Below, one piece after another: positions 1-8,234 of a stretch of 64,000 nucleotides of DNA (position 1 is the stretch's first letter; every line of letters begins with the position of its first letter). Location of the stretch: NCBI GenBank assembly GCA_963769935.1, contig CAVYNY010000009.1:96001-160000 (forward strand). Reading direction: 5' to 3'. Made by a program: the position numbers and the translations under genes. Source of the DNA: an uncultured delta proteobacterium (GTDB taxonomy: Bacteria; Desulfobacterota; Desulfobacteria; Desulfobacterales; JAFDCJ01). The notes below the pieces were generated by a model. It saw only the letters and a program-made list of their open reading frames with translations, had not been told where the DNA came from and did not search any database.

Positions 1-536
1 TATTCGGCGTCCTTTATCCCCCTCTTCTCAAGTTTCTCCAGCCGTTGCAGCAAGGCCTCATATTCTTTGATATTCTGCAGAACCTCCGCCTGTCCGCTTT
101 TACCCAGGAGCTTGCCGATTTCTTCTGAGTTGCGGTTCAGCAAATCATTGGCCCGAAAGGCGTTTTCCAGCGCATCGTTTAAATTGGTGCCGTAAAGAAA
201 ATAATTTTTTTCGAAAAGACGGGTCTGATCCATCTCCGCGGCGTATTCATTGACGATTTCAAGCCATTGCAGACGGTTTTCCACGGAATACATGTTGAGC
301 ACCAACGCTACCGAGATGGCCAGCACAAATAAAAAAATCAATAAAAATCCCAGATTGATTTGCAGATGCAAACTGATGCGGGGCCGTGCCAGCAGCGCGC
401 GATGGGCCGCTTCTACAGCTTTGATGCGTTCATAGCGCCCCTCCAATTTGCTGCTGGAATCGGCTGCCTCTTCATCATCGGCCGTTGTCCGGCCCGCGGC
501 GGCTTCATCGGCTGGATTATTCCGCGTTTGATTCAT
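1..536 (-). CDS. Sensor histidine kinase, N-terminal part (runs off the window edge)
   Basis: Manual translation from ATG 536: MNQTRNNP...RPRISLHLQINLGFLLIFLFVLAISVALVL (TM) ...QTRLFEKNYFLYG, paralleling RRYEKNYFLY in the kinase at 11089. Follows two receiver genes. Not in the ORF track. Confidence 0.8.
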   Translation of the reverse strand, partial: MNQTRNNPADEAAAGRTTADDEEAADSSSKLEGRYERIKAVEAAHRALLARPRISLHLQINLGFLLIFLFVLAISVALVLNMYSVENRLQWLEIVNEYAAEMDQTRLFEKNYFLYGTNLNDALENAFRANDLLNRNSEEIGKLLGKSGQAEVLQNIKEYEALLQRLEKLEKRGIKDAE

Positions 537-939
537 GGCCGGCTCCGGTATTAAAATCGACGGCAAGACCCAGCGCCTCAGCCGCCCTGGCAACGACTCT
601 TCTCAAATCATCGGGTTTAAAAGGTTTGGCGATAAAATCAAAGGCGCCCTTTTCCATGGCTTTTTCGGCCAGGGACATCATGGCGTAGCCGGTGATCATG
701 ATTACCCGCGTGCGCGGCGATTTTCGCTGGACGTGCTCCAAAATTTCAATTCCATCCACTTCATCCATGCGGATATCCGTAATCACAATATCGAAATCTA
801 TTTGATCAATGCGCTCGAGTGCCTTGCGTGAGTCTTCAAAGACCTCGACTTCGCATCCAATCTTGGTCAGGGCCGGTTTTAGCCGTTTGCCCACGATGGG
901 TTCATCATCGAGCAGCATAACCTTCAAAGGCTCGGACAT
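517..939 (-). CDS. Single-domain response regulator (receiver)
   Basis: LDDEP...DIVITDIRM...MITGY...FDFIAKPF receiver motifs. Start set at MSEPLK. Confidence 0.9.
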   Translation of the reverse strand: MSEPLKVMLLDDEPIVGKRLKPALTKIGCEVEVFEDSRKALERIDQIDFDIVITDIRMDEVDGIEILEHVQRKSPRTRVIMITGYAMMSLAEKAMEKGAFDFIAKPFKPDDLRRVVARAAEALGLAVDFNTGAGHESNAE

Positions 940-956
940 ATTTACCCCCTCAATAT

Positions 957-1361
957 TCAAACCGCATTGCCGGACGGTAGATTTTGATCCGAGGCCTTCA
1001 AGGCCTCGACGGCTTTGTCGATGGCCTGCCGCATCTCTCTGAGCTTAAAGGGTTTGGCAATGAAATCAAAGGCCCCCTTGGTCAATGATTCACGGGCCAC
1101 TTCCAGGGTGGCATAGCCGGTAATCATAATGACTTTTGTCCGATCGTTTTTTTTGCGGACCAATTCAAGAATTTCAATGCCGTCCATATCATCCATGCGA
1201 ATGTCGGTGACCACAATATCAAAGGTCTTGTCTTCAAGCCGGGCCACTGCCTCAATAGGATCGACAAATGCCTCCGCGCGGTGACCTTCTTTTTCCAATG
1301 CGGCTTTTAACCGCTGGCCCACAATGGGCTCATCGTCCAAGATTAGAATTTCCAGTGGCAT
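957..1361 (-). CDS. Single-domain response regulator (receiver), paralogue of its neighbour
   Basis: ILDDEP...DIVVTDIRM...MITGY...FDFIAKPF. GGAGG RBS before ATG 1361. Confidence 0.9.
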   Translation of the reverse strand: MPLEILILDDEPIVGQRLKAALEKEGHRAEAFVDPIEAVARLEDKTFDIVVTDIRMDDMDGIEILELVRKKNDRTKVIMITGYATLEVARESLTKGAFDFIAKPFKLREMRQAIDKAVEALKASDQNLPSGNAV

Positions 1362-1411
1362 CTTAGCCTCCTTTTGCGGGTGTTCGCATGAACCCGTCAA
1401 CGGTTAAATCC

Positions 1412-2516
1412 TCAGACCGGAAGAATTGAGGTCTCTTTGACCACTCGCAGGGTTTTTTGAAGTCCGCTTCTCTGCCGGTGGGCTCGAATAACTTGATAGA
1501 GGATCAGCAGGGTGCCGGTGATCCCGCTGGCAAATAGAAAAAATTTACTGGTCAGATTGAAATATTTATCCCAGTCCGGATTAATTGAGAGAAAACCCAG
1601 CTGCCGCAAATACATGGGAATGGCAATGCCCCGGCTGAGAACACATAGCAGAATGATCACGCTGGTCGCAAGGCGGATGTATCTCTCGTTGACCACCTTG
1701 ACCCCATAAACCCCCAAATAGATTCCCAGCAAAGAGCCCAGGTATAAGAGCATGGTCATGCGGATATCCACAAATCCCTGAAAAGCATAGCTCAGGGCCC
1801 CATAGGCCCCCATGAACATGGCCAGATAAAGTTCAGTGCCGGCCGCAACCGCCGTGGGTACTCCGAAGACATAGATCATGGAGGGAACTCCGATGAATCC
1901 GCCCACCCCGATGGTGCCGGCCAGGTACCCGGTGGCTATCCCCACCGGCAGCAAAATCCAGACACTGACCTTGGTGTCGGCGACTTTAAAATGAATCATG
2001 GGCGGAAGGTTCAGACGGGCCAGGAAATCGGCGATTTTTCTGGAAGGTCCGGCCCCCTCTTCACCCTTCTCCCGGCTGGCGAAGAACATCCCGCAGCATG
2101 GACAGCGCCACCGCCAGCAAAATAAAAACAAATACCAGGCTGATGTAGAGATCGGCGCCGGCGCCCTGGGCCGCCCCGTGCCCGCCGCCGCCCTTGAATA
2201 GAAAACTGTTGATCCAGACCGCCAGCTGAATGCCCGCAATAGCGGTTACCAGCACGCAGGCGGCCAGTCGCTTGTCCACATTGCCGGCCTCGCCGTGCTT
2301 GCGGGAGCCGACCATGGCTTTGCCGAATTTATGAGTGATATTGCTGGCCACGGCCACGACCCCCTCAACGCCCAGGTTCATCATTCCCGGGGTCATAAAA
2401 AAAGCCCCGCCGCTGCCGATAAATCCGCTTAACACCCCGCCGATGAACCCTAAGAGTACTACCTGCAGCGCGATGGCACCGTCGATGTGAATAAAGTGAA
2501 CGAGAAATTCGTGCAT
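1412..2516 (-). pseudogene. TauE/SafE family (sulfite exporter-like) membrane protein, split by a frameshift near 2085
   Basis: The N-half (GFIGGVLSGFIGSGGAFFMTP, HKFGKAMVGS) and C-half (GYLAGTIGVGGFIGVP, AAGTEL) are in different frames. Removing one base restores ...MLRDVFASREKGEEG. Confidence 0.8.
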
Positions 2517-2532
2517 GCTCTCCTCCTAACAA

Positions 2533-4053
2533 TTAGTCGATATCAATCAGTTTAAGGACCAGGCCGGTGACCGTGCCGTAAGCGTAGGCCACTAGGGGAA
2601 CAAACAACACTACCAAGATGGAAGCCAGCCATTTCCATTTGGCGTGCATCTCGCCGCCCATAAAATTTAAAATCGGGTCCTGGAAATAGAACACCAGGAA
2701 ATAAAGGCAAGCCACCGCCGCCCCATAGAGCACGGCCTTCAGGGCCTGTTTTTTCCCGAAAAGAAAGCGTGATTCCAGCTCATCAACCGTAATGACGGCT
2801 GCCTTGAGTCTTTCGCGCAGGGTCAGTCCCATCTCCCGGGTCTGGCGTTTGCGGGTTTCGGGCCCTTTATCCAGGAACAGATCTCCGAGCACCACCAGGG
2901 AGTATTGACTGTTTTCTTTCACCGCCTCGATGACTTCACCGGCGCCGCCGTATACCGTAAAACCTCCGGCCGACCGGCCGATGGCCACCAGTTCTTCCTG
3001 GGTCTGCGCCAGTCCGCCGACGTCCGCCGGAGCTTCGGTCTCATCATCTTCAACGCCGCCGGTATAGACTTGCTCCGTTGGTTTTGACGATCGGGACTGA
3101 TCCTGGGTCTGGTTATCTGTCGGGGACGCCTGGACGTCGCTTTTATGTGGTACCAGGCGCAGCAATTCCACCGCCGCCCCCCAGCGCTGCGCCAGTCGGG
3201 TGATCTGCCTAAAGCTTTCGGCTTTGGGATCAAAGGCCTGCTGGATCCAGAGAATGTTGGTTTCCGCCATCGTGCACCGGTTTTCCCGGCAGCCCTCCAG
3301 ATCCTGTAGTACGTCCGAAATCGACTGAGCCGCTTTTTCCTGGCGCGGCATGTAGGTTACGGTAACTACCCCCCCAACGGCCCGCACCCCCAGATCAAGT
3401 GAGCGGGTATGCTCATCCTCGGAGAGGCGCAGCTTGGCCCGGGCGGCCAGGTACAGGTCATCCAGGCGTTTGGTGCTCATCGGCGTCGGCCGGAAGTCGG
3501 GCAGTCCGGCGCTCTCGCACAACAGCATGCAAGCGTTGGCCAGACTCATATTTTGCAGATTAAAAAAAATGTCATACTGCCCGGGGTCTTTCGCATCCTG
3601 CCGATGCACAAAATGAATCCATTTTTCAATATCCCCATCCAGATGGTCGATATATTCCGCAGCCTTTTCCGGCGACAGGTGCAGCGTCCGCACAACATTG
3701 TCGATACGAGTCAGCCGGGGAACCGCCAATCCGACCCGCAGCCGGTGAGATACCCCCGGCAAAAGCAGATGACCGGCCCGGCCGAAATAAATCAGGTTGC
3801 CTTCCCTCGCATTTTCGTAAAGCTTGGCGGTCACAAAGGCCAGGTAAAGATCCTTTTCCCGGGCCAGCTTTTCCGGGATGATCGGCGATTTAACGATGGA
3901 AGTCTCCAGCCGGCTCAACCTGATCCCCTGATCGTGGGCCTGTTCGACCAGTTGTTGGCGGCTGAACAGCGGCCAGCCGGTTTTGCGCTCCAGTTCCCGG
4001 GCCAGCTCCTCGCCGGAACCGTTAGGAGAGCTGGAAATTAACACAATCGGCAT
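2533..4053 (-). CDS. Cytidylate-kinase-like family protein fused to BON-like, USP-like and C-terminal two-TM regions
   Basis: N-terminal MPIVLISSSPNGSGEELA, GNLIYFGRAGH and YDIFFNL are typical of cytidylate-kinase-like proteins. Hydrophobic C-terminal hairpin. Confidence 0.75.
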   Translation of the reverse strand: MPIVLISSSPNGSGEELARELERKTGWPLFSRQQLVEQAHDQGIRLSRLETSIVKSPIIPEKLAREKDLYLAFVTAKLYENAREGNLIYFGRAGHLLLPGVSHRLRVGLAVPRLTRIDNVVRTLHLSPEKAAEYIDHLDGDIEKWIHFVHRQDAKDPGQYDIFFNLQNMSLANACMLLCESAGLPDFRPTPMSTKRLDDLYLAARAKLRLSEDEHTRSLDLGVRAVGGVVTVTYMPRQEKAAQSISDVLQDLEGCRENRCTMAETNILWIQQAFDPKAESFRQITRLAQRWGAAVELLRLVPHKSDVQASPTDNQTQDQSRSSKPTEQVYTGGVEDDETEAPADVGGLAQTQEELVAIGRSAGGFTVYGGAGEVIEAVKENSQYSLVVLGDLFLDKGPETRKRQTREMGLTLRERLKAAVITVDELESRFLFGKKQALKAVLYGAAVACLYFLVFYFQDPILNFMGGEMHAKWKWLASILVVLFVPLVAYAYGTVTGLVLKLIDID

Positions 4054-4111
4054 GTTTCACCCCCCTCTTCCCTTTTGTAGGTCGTCGGTTAAAATATCGT
4101 TGAATGGTTAA

Positions 4112-4513
4112 TTAATCTGAATTGTCTTTTCCTTTTACCTGAATAATCTGGGTCGACATCTGCGGTTTGATTCGCTGCAGGATGTCTTTTATAGGGCCTT
4201 TTTCGGCACTGACGACGATCAGATCGATGTGTTCGCTTTCTACCAGGCTGATGACTTCCTCCTCAAAACCGTCTTCTTCGATGTGATAGGAGACTTGCAG
4301 GCCTTCCTCACAGGCACCGTGGATGACGTCCATCAGATCCTCTTCCACCCAGCTGTCGACCTGTTGAGGATTTCCAGGCAGCCTGGAAAGAAGAATAAAA
4401 ACTTTGGCCTGAATCCTCTCCGCCAGGGCCAAAGCGTGGTAAAGCGCCTTGAGATCCTTGTTTTCCGGATCTATGGGGACTAAAATTTTTTTTCGGGTCA
4501 CCGCTATCCACAC
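4112..4513 (-). CDS. Universal stress protein (USP)-like protein
   Basis: KKILVPID...ALALAERIQAKV...EEEVISLVESEHIDLIVV USP pattern. Confidence 0.75.
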   Translation of the reverse strand: MWIAVTRKKILVPIDPENKDLKALYHALALAERIQAKVFILLSRLPGNPQQVDSWVEEDLMDVIHGACEEGLQVSYHIEEDGFEEEVISLVESEHIDLIVVSAEKGPIKDILQRIKPQMSTQIIQVKGKDNSD

Positions 4514-4555
4514 CGCCTTTGGAAATTTCAGATGTTATTTTCTCTATACCCGTTA

Positions 4556-4571
4556 ATCAAAATTTGTGCCA
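4556..4571 (-). promoter_or_regulatory. Sigma54 (-24/-12) promoter for the leftward operon
   Basis: Minus strand reads TGGCAC-AAATT-TTGAT, about 40 bp upstream of the USP gene. Confidence 0.75.
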
Positions 4572-4637
4572 AAATAAATATCATGTGTAATTTTAAGTAG
4601 TTATGAATCGAATGCCTGGAATCTGTGCCGGCATATT

Positions 4638-4734
4638 TGTTTCACTTTGGAACGAATCTAATGCGGGATAAATTGCTGCGCCAAATTTAATGTATAAAAC
4701 TAATTGCTTAAGGATTTTGTTTCACATTGAAACT
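4638..4734. promoter_or_regulatory. Two putative sigma54 enhancer (EBP) sites
   Basis: TGTTTCACTTTGGAACG (4638-4654) and TGTTTCACATTGAAACT (4718-4734), imperfect palindromes upstream of the sigma54 promoter. Confidence 0.6.
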
Positions 4735-4885
4735 TTCAGGCTCACAGGAAACGGTGCCCAACAAGAGGAAGTACGGCTGGAGCTTAGGCCAATATATTAT
4801 CTATCGTATTGTTTTCTTTATATCTATTTTCCGGCATGGCATTTTTTTGTCATTTGACTATTCGGGTTTTTTCGAAGGACCGGGA

Positions 4886-6259
4886 TCAGTCAAGACCCAA
4901 TCGTTTCATTTTGCGCCACAGTGTGGTACGGGGAATCTGGAGAATCTCGGCGGCGGCAGCTTTGCGGCTGCCGGTTTTAATCAAAACCCGTTGGATATAT
5001 TCCTTTTCCTTTTCCTCCAGCGAAGGCCAGTCGTTGGATTCCAGACTGCTGATGGAAAGCTGCTGCAAGTCGCCGGGAAGGTCCTGCGGGCCGAGGGTGA
5101 CCCTGTCCGTCAGGGCGACGGCGCGTTCGATGATGTTTTCAAGCTCCCGCACATTGCCCGGAAACGGATATTGCAGCAGGATTTCCAACGCCTCCGGCTC
5201 CAGCACGGATACCGCTTTGCCGAACTGCCGGCTGTACTTTTTTAAAAAATGGCGGATCAGCAGCGGTATGTCGTCCTTTCGGGCCCGCAGCGGCGGCAGG
5301 TCGATCAAAACCACATTGAGGCGATAGTAAAGATCTTCGCGAAACTGCTTTTTATCCACCGCCGCCTTAAGATCCCGGTTGCCGGCGGCAATCAGACGCA
5401 CGTCCACCGGAATCGGTTTGATGCCGCCCACCCGGATCAGGCTGCGCTCCTGAACAAAGCGCAGCAATTTGACCTGCATACTGTGAGGCATGGCGCCGAT
5501 TTCGTCTAAAAAAATTGTTCCCTGATGGGCGGCTTCCAGCAGGCCGATCTTGGTGTCAAATGCTCCCGTAAAAGCCCCTTTCTCATGGCCGAAAAGCTCA
5601 TTGGCGATCAGCTCTTCGGTAAATCCGCCGCAATTAAAGCAAATAAAGGGATGCTCCCGGCGCTCGCCGAGAAAATGCAGCGCACGGGCAACCAGCTCCT
5701 TGCCGGTGCCGCTTTCCCCCAGGATGAGGACATTGCAGTTCAGGGAACACACTTTCTTGACCAGACCAAGAACCTGCTGGATTGCGGGGCTGTGACCGAT
5801 CAGATACTGCTGGCGGGACTGGGAAAAAAGAGCTTTTTTCAATTGTTCCTTTTCCCGGATCAATTTAACCTTTTCCAGGGCACGTTCAGCCAAGGATCGC
5901 AGCTCGGCTATATTGAGCGGTTTGGCGAGATAGTGAAAGGCCCCGGCCCGGATGGCATCAACGGCCGTATCCACCGAACCGTAGCCTGTTACGACGATGA
6001 CCTCGGTCCGGGGATGCCGGTTTTTAATTTCTTTCAATACATCCAGTCCGCTGATGGCCGGCAGCCTGAGGTCGCAGATAACAAGGTCGAAGAGAACCTC
6101 CTGCATTCTATTGAGAAAGGATTCTCCATCGCCGAAGGTTTCAATTTCGTAACAATTTTGCGCCAGACCCCGCTGGATTGCGCGGCAGGCTATCGACTCA
6201 TCATCGATGACCGCCAGCCGCAGCCGTTCACTTTGATCTTCTGGTTTCATGACATTCAT
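4886..6259 (-). CDS. Sigma54-dependent response regulator (NtrC/AtoC family)
   Basis: Receiver domain, GESGTGKE, ELFGHEKGAFTGA, FPGNVRELEN and a C-terminal Fis HTH. Confidence 0.95.
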   Translation of the reverse strand: MNVMKPEDQSERLRLAVIDDESIACRAIQRGLAQNCYEIETFGDGESFLNRMQEVLFDLVICDLRLPAISGLDVLKEIKNRHPRTEVIVVTGYGSVDTAVDAIRAGAFHYLAKPLNIAELRSLAERALEKVKLIREKEQLKKALFSQSRQQYLIGHSPAIQQVLGLVKKVCSLNCNVLILGESGTGKELVARALHFLGERREHPFICFNCGGFTEELIANELFGHEKGAFTGAFDTKIGLLEAAHQGTIFLDEIGAMPHSMQVKLLRFVQERSLIRVGGIKPIPVDVRLIAAGNRDLKAAVDKKQFREDLYYRLNVVLIDLPPLRARKDDIPLLIRHFLKKYSRQFGKAVSVLEPEALEILLQYPFPGNVRELENIIERAVALTDRVTLGPQDLPGDLQQLSISSLESNDWPSLEEKEKEYIQRVLIKTGSRKAAAAEILQIPRTTLWRKMKRLGLD

Positions 6260-6303
6260 TGACGGCGAAGCCTATTATCTGTGACCTGGCTCACAGGACC
6301 AGA

Positions 6304-6429
6304 TTTTCAATGTTGGAACAAACACTTGTTGCATATTGCAACACAACCAGTGATTTTGTTACATACCATAACCGGCCAAAATTTCATAGTTTATTTTGAT
6401 TCCAGGTTTAAGTATTGCATATTGCAACA
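6304..6429. promoter_or_regulatory. Putative sigma54 enhancer sites
   Basis: TGTTGCATATTGCAACA (6327-6343, perfect 7-bp inverted arms), TATTGCATATTGCAACA (6413-6429) and TTTTCAATGTTGGAACA (6304-6320). Confidence 0.65.
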
Positions 6430-6506
6430 CCTTAGTTTTGTTTGGATGCCAGCCTGTTTGATTTAAACCTCAATTATTTCAAATTGTTATAGACAATCAT
6501 GACCGA

Positions 6507-6522
6507 TGGCACGACCCTTGCT
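6507..6522 (+). promoter_or_regulatory. Sigma54 (-24/-12) promoter for the rightward operon
   Basis: TGGCAC-GACCC-TTGCT, a perfect consensus about 40 bp before ATG 6561. Confidence 0.9.
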
Positions 6523-6560
6523 TTTAAAAAGAGCAAAACCATATTGCAGGAGGCAATAAA

Positions 6561-6743
6561 ATGTTCAACCTAAAAAATATAGTTTATAAATTCGAGAAGC
6601 TGATGACGGCCGTTACATTTGCCGAAGCAGGGCAAAAAGACACGGCTCTGGAAATAATGAATGAGAAGCCGGTCAACAGAAGCAAACGCCGATCTGAAAA
6701 AGCAACAAACCGCATCGATCAGCGCCCGGTTCTCAGGGCCTAA
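6561..6743 (+). CDS. Small hypothetical protein with AVTFAEAG motif
   Basis: AGGAGG RBS; MTAVTFAEAGQKDTALEIM. Confidence 0.8.
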   Translation: MFNLKNIVYKFEKLMTAVTFAEAGQKDTALEIMNEKPVNRSKRRSEKATNRIDQRPVLRA

Positions 6744-6774
6744 ATATGGATCCATCTCATAGCGGGTTATAACC

Positions 6775-7305
6775 ATGAAAAAAATTCTCCTGGCCATTGA
6801 GGGGGTCGCACCCGACAGCAGCACATTCAACTATGCGGTTGCCCTTTGCAAGCGAATGCGCGCCGGCCTGGAAATCCTTCAAATTCTCAGTCCGCGCACT
6901 TACAAAAGTTATTTGAAAAAAGTAAGGCAAGGCGCCCGGCATGCCACAAGTGTGTTCGAAGACGCCATGGTTGCCGTTACCTTCGCCGAGGCCGGACAGC
7001 ATGATTTTGTCGAGCAGATGCGAAAACAGGCTCGCGACAATTTAGATCATTTGATCCCGGAGCCGGAAAGAGACGGCCTGGAATATCACCTGACGCTGAA
7101 ACCCGGAAATGCGGCCGATGAAATCGTTCGCTACGTCTGCGACCATCGGGACGTGGTCCTGACCATATATGATGCCGCGCACGGCAAAGATGAGCAGGAA
7201 TGTCGGCTTGATAAGAAAAGAAATAAAATCCCGGCCATCGCACAAAAACTTCCTACCCCCCTGGTTTTGAGAAGAGGGTGCGAACCGACGGGACTGCAGC
7301 CTTAA
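6775..7305 (+). CDS. USP-like protein with AVTFAEAG motif
   Basis: MKKILLAIEG...YAVALCKRMRAGLEIL USP N-terminus; MVAVTFAEAGQHD. Confidence 0.8.
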   Translation: MKKILLAIEGVAPDSSTFNYAVALCKRMRAGLEILQILSPRTYKSYLKKVRQGARHATSVFEDAMVAVTFAEAGQHDFVEQMRKQARDNLDHLIPEPERDGLEYHLTLKPGNAADEIVRYVCDHRDVVLTIYDAAHGKDEQECRLDKKRNKIPAIAQKLPTPLVLRRGCEPTGLQP

Positions 7306-7323
7306 CAAGGAGGGCCTTATTAA

Positions 7324-7881
7324 ATGGCAGGAATTATGAACAAATTAGTAAGCAGGGTGCAAAAGATCACAGGGAGAATGGACCGCTACCAGGAGGCGAT
7401 TACGTTTGCCGAGGCAGGTCAAGCTCACCATGCTCAGCAGGTGGTTCAGGAGAAAGAATCCCCCTCAAGTGCGGGAAAGCTGCTGGTGGTCGGCCGCGAG
7501 AGCAACTTCAACAGGGAAGTGATTGATTATGCTCTGGATATGGCCCAGAGACTTTCCTACGAAATTTTGGCGTTGAATACGGCGCCGCTGACTTGCGAAA
7601 CTTTTAGTCTGTTGCCGACGGAACGCAGCAAGGTCTGTCAGGAATTCAGAACCCTGACCGAGAAGAATATCAAACATTTTCAACAGGAGGCGCAAAAAAG
7701 GTCGATTCCCTTTAAGCATGTGATCAAGTTCAGCGAAAAAGATCAGGCGCTGGCCGAAATCACCCGGGAATTCGGCGACATCGAGTTTGTAGTATCGGAT
7801 ACCGAAGGAGACCGGTCGGTTGCAAGGGTTTCCCAAGGTGAAAGACCCAAACAGGAAATCTACGTCTATTCCATAGTATAA
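7324..7881 (+). CDS. USP-like hypothetical protein with AITFAEAG motif
   Basis: QEAITFAEAGQAH, then KLLVVGRESNF...DYALDMAQRLSYEILALN. Confidence 0.8.
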   Translation: MAGIMNKLVSRVQKITGRMDRYQEAITFAEAGQAHHAQQVVQEKESPSSAGKLLVVGRESNFNREVIDYALDMAQRLSYEILALNTAPLTCETFSLLPTERSKVCQEFRTLTEKNIKHFQQEAQKRSIPFKHVIKFSEKDQALAEITREFGDIEFVVSDTEGDRSVARVSQGERPKQEIYVYSIV

Positions 7882-7910
7882 TTCATAAAGCGTGCAAATA
7901 TTGAAATAAT

Positions 7911-7960
7911 CAGAACATCCGGCTGTCACGGATCAGACGGCAGCGGGATGTTCTGTTTTT
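7911..7960 (+). terminator. Putative intrinsic terminator or stem-loop
   Basis: CAGAACATCC...GGATGTTCTG inverted repeat followed by a T-run. Confidence 0.6.
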
Positions 7961-8074
7961 ATTATTTTGACTTTTCAGCTTTAATTTTTTATTGAGAGCG
8001 CTGCAGGCTGCCCCCTGCCTGAAGCACCGGTGATTGTAAAATAAAAGCCTATCCAAGGCAGGAGGATAAAAGCA

Positions 8075-8164
8075 ATGGATGCCCATTTTTATTATGCCCT
8101 GGCACTCATTTTATTTGTTTTTTTGCTGTGTTTTCGGTTCAGAAAAGAAAACCGCAAAAAGTAA
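8075..8164 (+). CDS. Putative 29-aa single-pass membrane protein
   Basis: GGAGG RBS; MDAHFYYALALILFVFLLCFRFRKENRKK (hydrophobic helix plus basic tail). Confidence 0.5.
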   Translation: MDAHFYYALALILFVFLLCFRFRKENRKK

Positions 8165-8234
8165 TGACCGGCCGCCGGGATCGCCGGCCGCCAACGGCAA
8201 CCGATATGACGATGGAGACAAGACCTGAGGAGCA

